A stretch of 64,000 bases of DNA from an uncultured bacterium (GTDB lineage Bacteria; JAGOEH01), in contig CAZWDO010000005.1 in NCBI GenBank assembly GCA_964632485.1, positions 84,249-148,248 of the forward strand, given 5' to 3'. Of this stretch, positions 61,827-64,000 are shown piece by piece. The translations under genes and the position numbers were made by a program. The notes beneath the pieces were generated by a model. That model ran no database searches, was not told the DNA's origin, and saw nothing but the letters and a program-made list of their open reading frames with translations. Numbering within the stretch: the first letter of the stretch is position 1; the number at the start of each line of letters is the position of its first letter.

Positions 61827-63054
61827 TTTTCTAAAAAAAACCGGTCGCGAGGCCGAATTCAAACTCTTTCTGGATACAATCCATCATACTCAACGCGAAA
61901 AATTCGCGCTTCTCAAAGTCAGCGGCAAAATTCTCGAAGAAAAACAAACTATTTTAATTAATGATATTGCTTATTTAAACCAGTTGGATATCTATCCCAT
62001 GCTCGTACATGGCGCGGGCAGCCGCCTGGATACGGCGCTCCCCCACTCGCAAAAAATCGATGGATACCGGGTAACCTCCAAGGAAGACATGTATATCATC
62101 GATTATATATTCCAGGAGATTGCCAGCGAACTGGTAACGCAAATAGAACAGGCCGGCGGCCGGGCTCGCCATATGCCACCGCTCTTTACCTGTCGTCTGC
62201 TTCCGCGACTGGAGATGGTCGGTGAAATACTGGAAGTCAATACAGAACCGATTCTGCAGGCATTACGCGACAACTGCACACCGATTATCAGCCCCATTGG
62301 CCTCGTTGATGGGCAAAAGGTCAATATCAACGCGGATACGGCGGCTAAAGCCGTTGTCGCCGCCTTGAAAACCCGGAAATTTATCCTGCTGACCGAAAGC
62401 GGCGGGATACTGGACCCTCATCAACGAATCATCCCTTCTATCAATCTTTCCTCTCCCGGAGATATTTCTTTTATCACCGGAGGGATGAAACTCAAACTAA
62501 ATGAAATTGAATCCTTTCTCAAAGATCATTCTTATTGTGAAGTCGTTATTACCTCTCCGGAAAATCTTCTGAAGGAAATCTTCACGATCAAGGGCCACGG
62601 TACATTCATTAAATATTTTCAGATTCACAAAACGGATCACTGGGAAGGGATTGACCTGGAAAAAGTACGCGACCTGCTGGAAACCTCATTTAGAAAAAAA
62701 CTGGTAGAGGGATATTTCAATCGATTGGTGAAATCAATCTATTATCAGCAGGATTATGAAGGAATTGCAATTGTTTCAGATTTGGAAGGCTTGAACTATC
62801 TTGATAAAATCGCCGTTTCGCAACTACGACAGGGAACGGGACTTGGAAAATCAATCTGGGAAAACATAGTGGCCGATTATCCGCAACTCATCTGGCGGGC
62901 GGCTCTGAATAACCCCATCAATCCCTTTTATATGCAGCATTGCGATGGGATGGTTAAAGGCAAGGAGTGGATTGTTTATTGGAAAGAGTACGATTTCAAA
63001 GAGATCATTCCGGCCATGAAAATTGTCAGCGCCAAAGAACGAACCCTGATATAG
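61807..63054 (+). CDS. argB: Acetylglutamate kinase fused to a NAT (DUF619-type) domain (NAGS-K-like)
   Basis: VHGAG, YRVT and NINADTAA AAK motifs; C-terminal YLDKIAV...QGTGLG...LIWRA...NPINPFY. Confidence 0.85.
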   Translation: MKNLILDFLKKTGREAEFKLFLDTIHHTQREKFALLKVSGKILEEKQTILINDIAYLNQLDIYPMLVHGAGSRLDTALPHSQKIDGYRVTSKEDMYIIDYIFQEIASELVTQIEQAGGRARHMPPLFTCRLLPRLEMVGEILEVNTEPILQALRDNCTPIISPIGLVDGQKVNINADTAAKAVVAALKTRKFILLTESGGILDPHQRIIPSINLSSPGDISFITGGMKLKLNEIESFLKDHSYCEVVITSPENLLKEIFTIKGHGTFIKYFQIHKTDHWEGIDLEKVRDLLETSFRKKLVEGYFNRLVKSIYYQQDYEGIAIVSDLEGLNYLDKIAVSQLRQGTGLGKSIWENIVADYPQLIWRAALNNPINPFYMQHCDGMVKGKEWIVYWKEYDFKEIIPAMKIVSAKERTLI

Positions 63055-63062
63055 GAGCAGAT

Positions 63063-63959
63063 ATGTTACGTGTTGGAATCGTTGGAGCGGCAGGATATAC
63101 GGGACGGGAATTAATCCGTTGGCTAAGCCGACATCCTCGCGCGCGCATTGAACTGGTGACCAGTGAAAGTCAGGCCGGCAAGGCGGTGGGTGAGGTTTTT
63201 CCTGAGTTCGAATTTCTTAGAGAGATGGTATTTGCCAAGCCCGATATTGAAACTATCAACCACATGGACATGGTGTTTCTGGCCGTGCCACATGGCGCAG
63301 CCCAAGAGTGGGCGCCGAAAATTAGAATTCCAATCATCGACCTGAGTACGGATCATCGGCTCAGCCATCCCTATGGACTGCCCGAAATATATGGAGATCA
63401 ATTACGAGGAAAACCCCTGATTGCCAATCCCGGCTGTTATGCCACCTGTTCTATACTATCCGCCTGGCCCTTACGGGAGCGCATCCAGTATGCTGTATTC
63501 GATGCCATCAGCGGCTATTCCGGCGGAGGCCAAAACCATGGATATGATTATGACGAAAACCTGATCGCCTATAAACTGACCGACCACCGCCATATACCTG
63601 AAATGGAACAGCAGTTGGGTATCCCTTTCAGTTTTACGCCGCATGTCGCCAATCTGTTCCGTGGCATGATGGTAACAGCGCATCTCATGCTGAAGGAACC
63701 CATGTCCGTGGACCGGATACGCGCAATTTACGACCAGGCATATCTCGGCGCGCTAACCCGTGTGGTGGATCATATTCCTACGGCCAAAGAGGTTGCCAAT
63801 ACTCCTTTTTGCCTGATTGGCGGCTTTACCATCGATAAAAACGGAGTATTGTGTGTAGTCAGCGCGTTGGACAACCTGCTCAAGGGAGCTGTAACCCAGG
63901 CAATCGAAAACATGAACCGACAGCAGGGATTTCTCCCGACCGACGGTTTGATTGACTGA
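63063..63959 (+). CDS. argC: N-acetyl-gamma-glutamyl-phosphate reductase
   Basis: GAAGYTG, ANPGCYAT, HRHIPE and DNLLKGA motifs. Confidence 0.93.
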   Translation: MLRVGIVGAAGYTGRELIRWLSRHPRARIELVTSESQAGKAVGEVFPEFEFLREMVFAKPDIETINHMDMVFLAVPHGAAQEWAPKIRIPIIDLSTDHRLSHPYGLPEIYGDQLRGKPLIANPGCYATCSILSAWPLRERIQYAVFDAISGYSGGGQNHGYDYDENLIAYKLTDHRHIPEMEQQLGIPFSFTPHVANLFRGMMVTAHLMLKEPMSVDRIRAIYDQAYLGALTRVVDHIPTAKEVANTPFCLIGGFTIDKNGVLCVVSALDNLLKGAVTQAIENMNRQQGFLPTDGLID

Positions 63960-64000
63960 AATTAACTCTTTGAGTTCACAAATTAAGCAGTGGCCTTCCG

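Overview
Bacterial window, probably from an FCB-group organism (inferred from a Por/T9SS-like C-terminal sorting domain), with two 10-N scaffold gaps. The left flank (1-13.3 kb) holds MATE, TPR-LRR, a VanX/DdpX peptidase, a DAACS symporter, an OmpA lipoprotein, a coupled folE2 / 2-hydroxyacyl-CoA dehydratase-like / activase operon and a large secreted protein. The right flank (54-64 kb) holds a TerB-ABC transporter with a lipoprotein and a Xanthomonas-type arginine operon (argF'-argG-argE-NAGS/K-argC). Between them lies a visibly AT-richer ~40.7 kb surface-glycan island. It is bounded by a 67-bp direct repeat (64/67 identical) that duplicates the 3' end of the secreted-protein gene. The island has decayed ISL3 and IS3 fragments but no integrase. 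It encodes Wzm/Wzt, many GT2s, a GT10 fusion, seven sulfotransferase-like genes (one with a WbdD-like coiled-coil ruler), several methyltransferases and a B12 radical SAM enzyme. The best candidate for an undescribed system is inside the island: a PqqD/RRE protein with a fused peptide tail, an HPr-kinase-like enzyme, an NTP_transf_5 nucleotidyltransferase and three GT2s, with no lasso cyclase or peptidase. All family assignments come from motif recognition by eye; no database searches were run.
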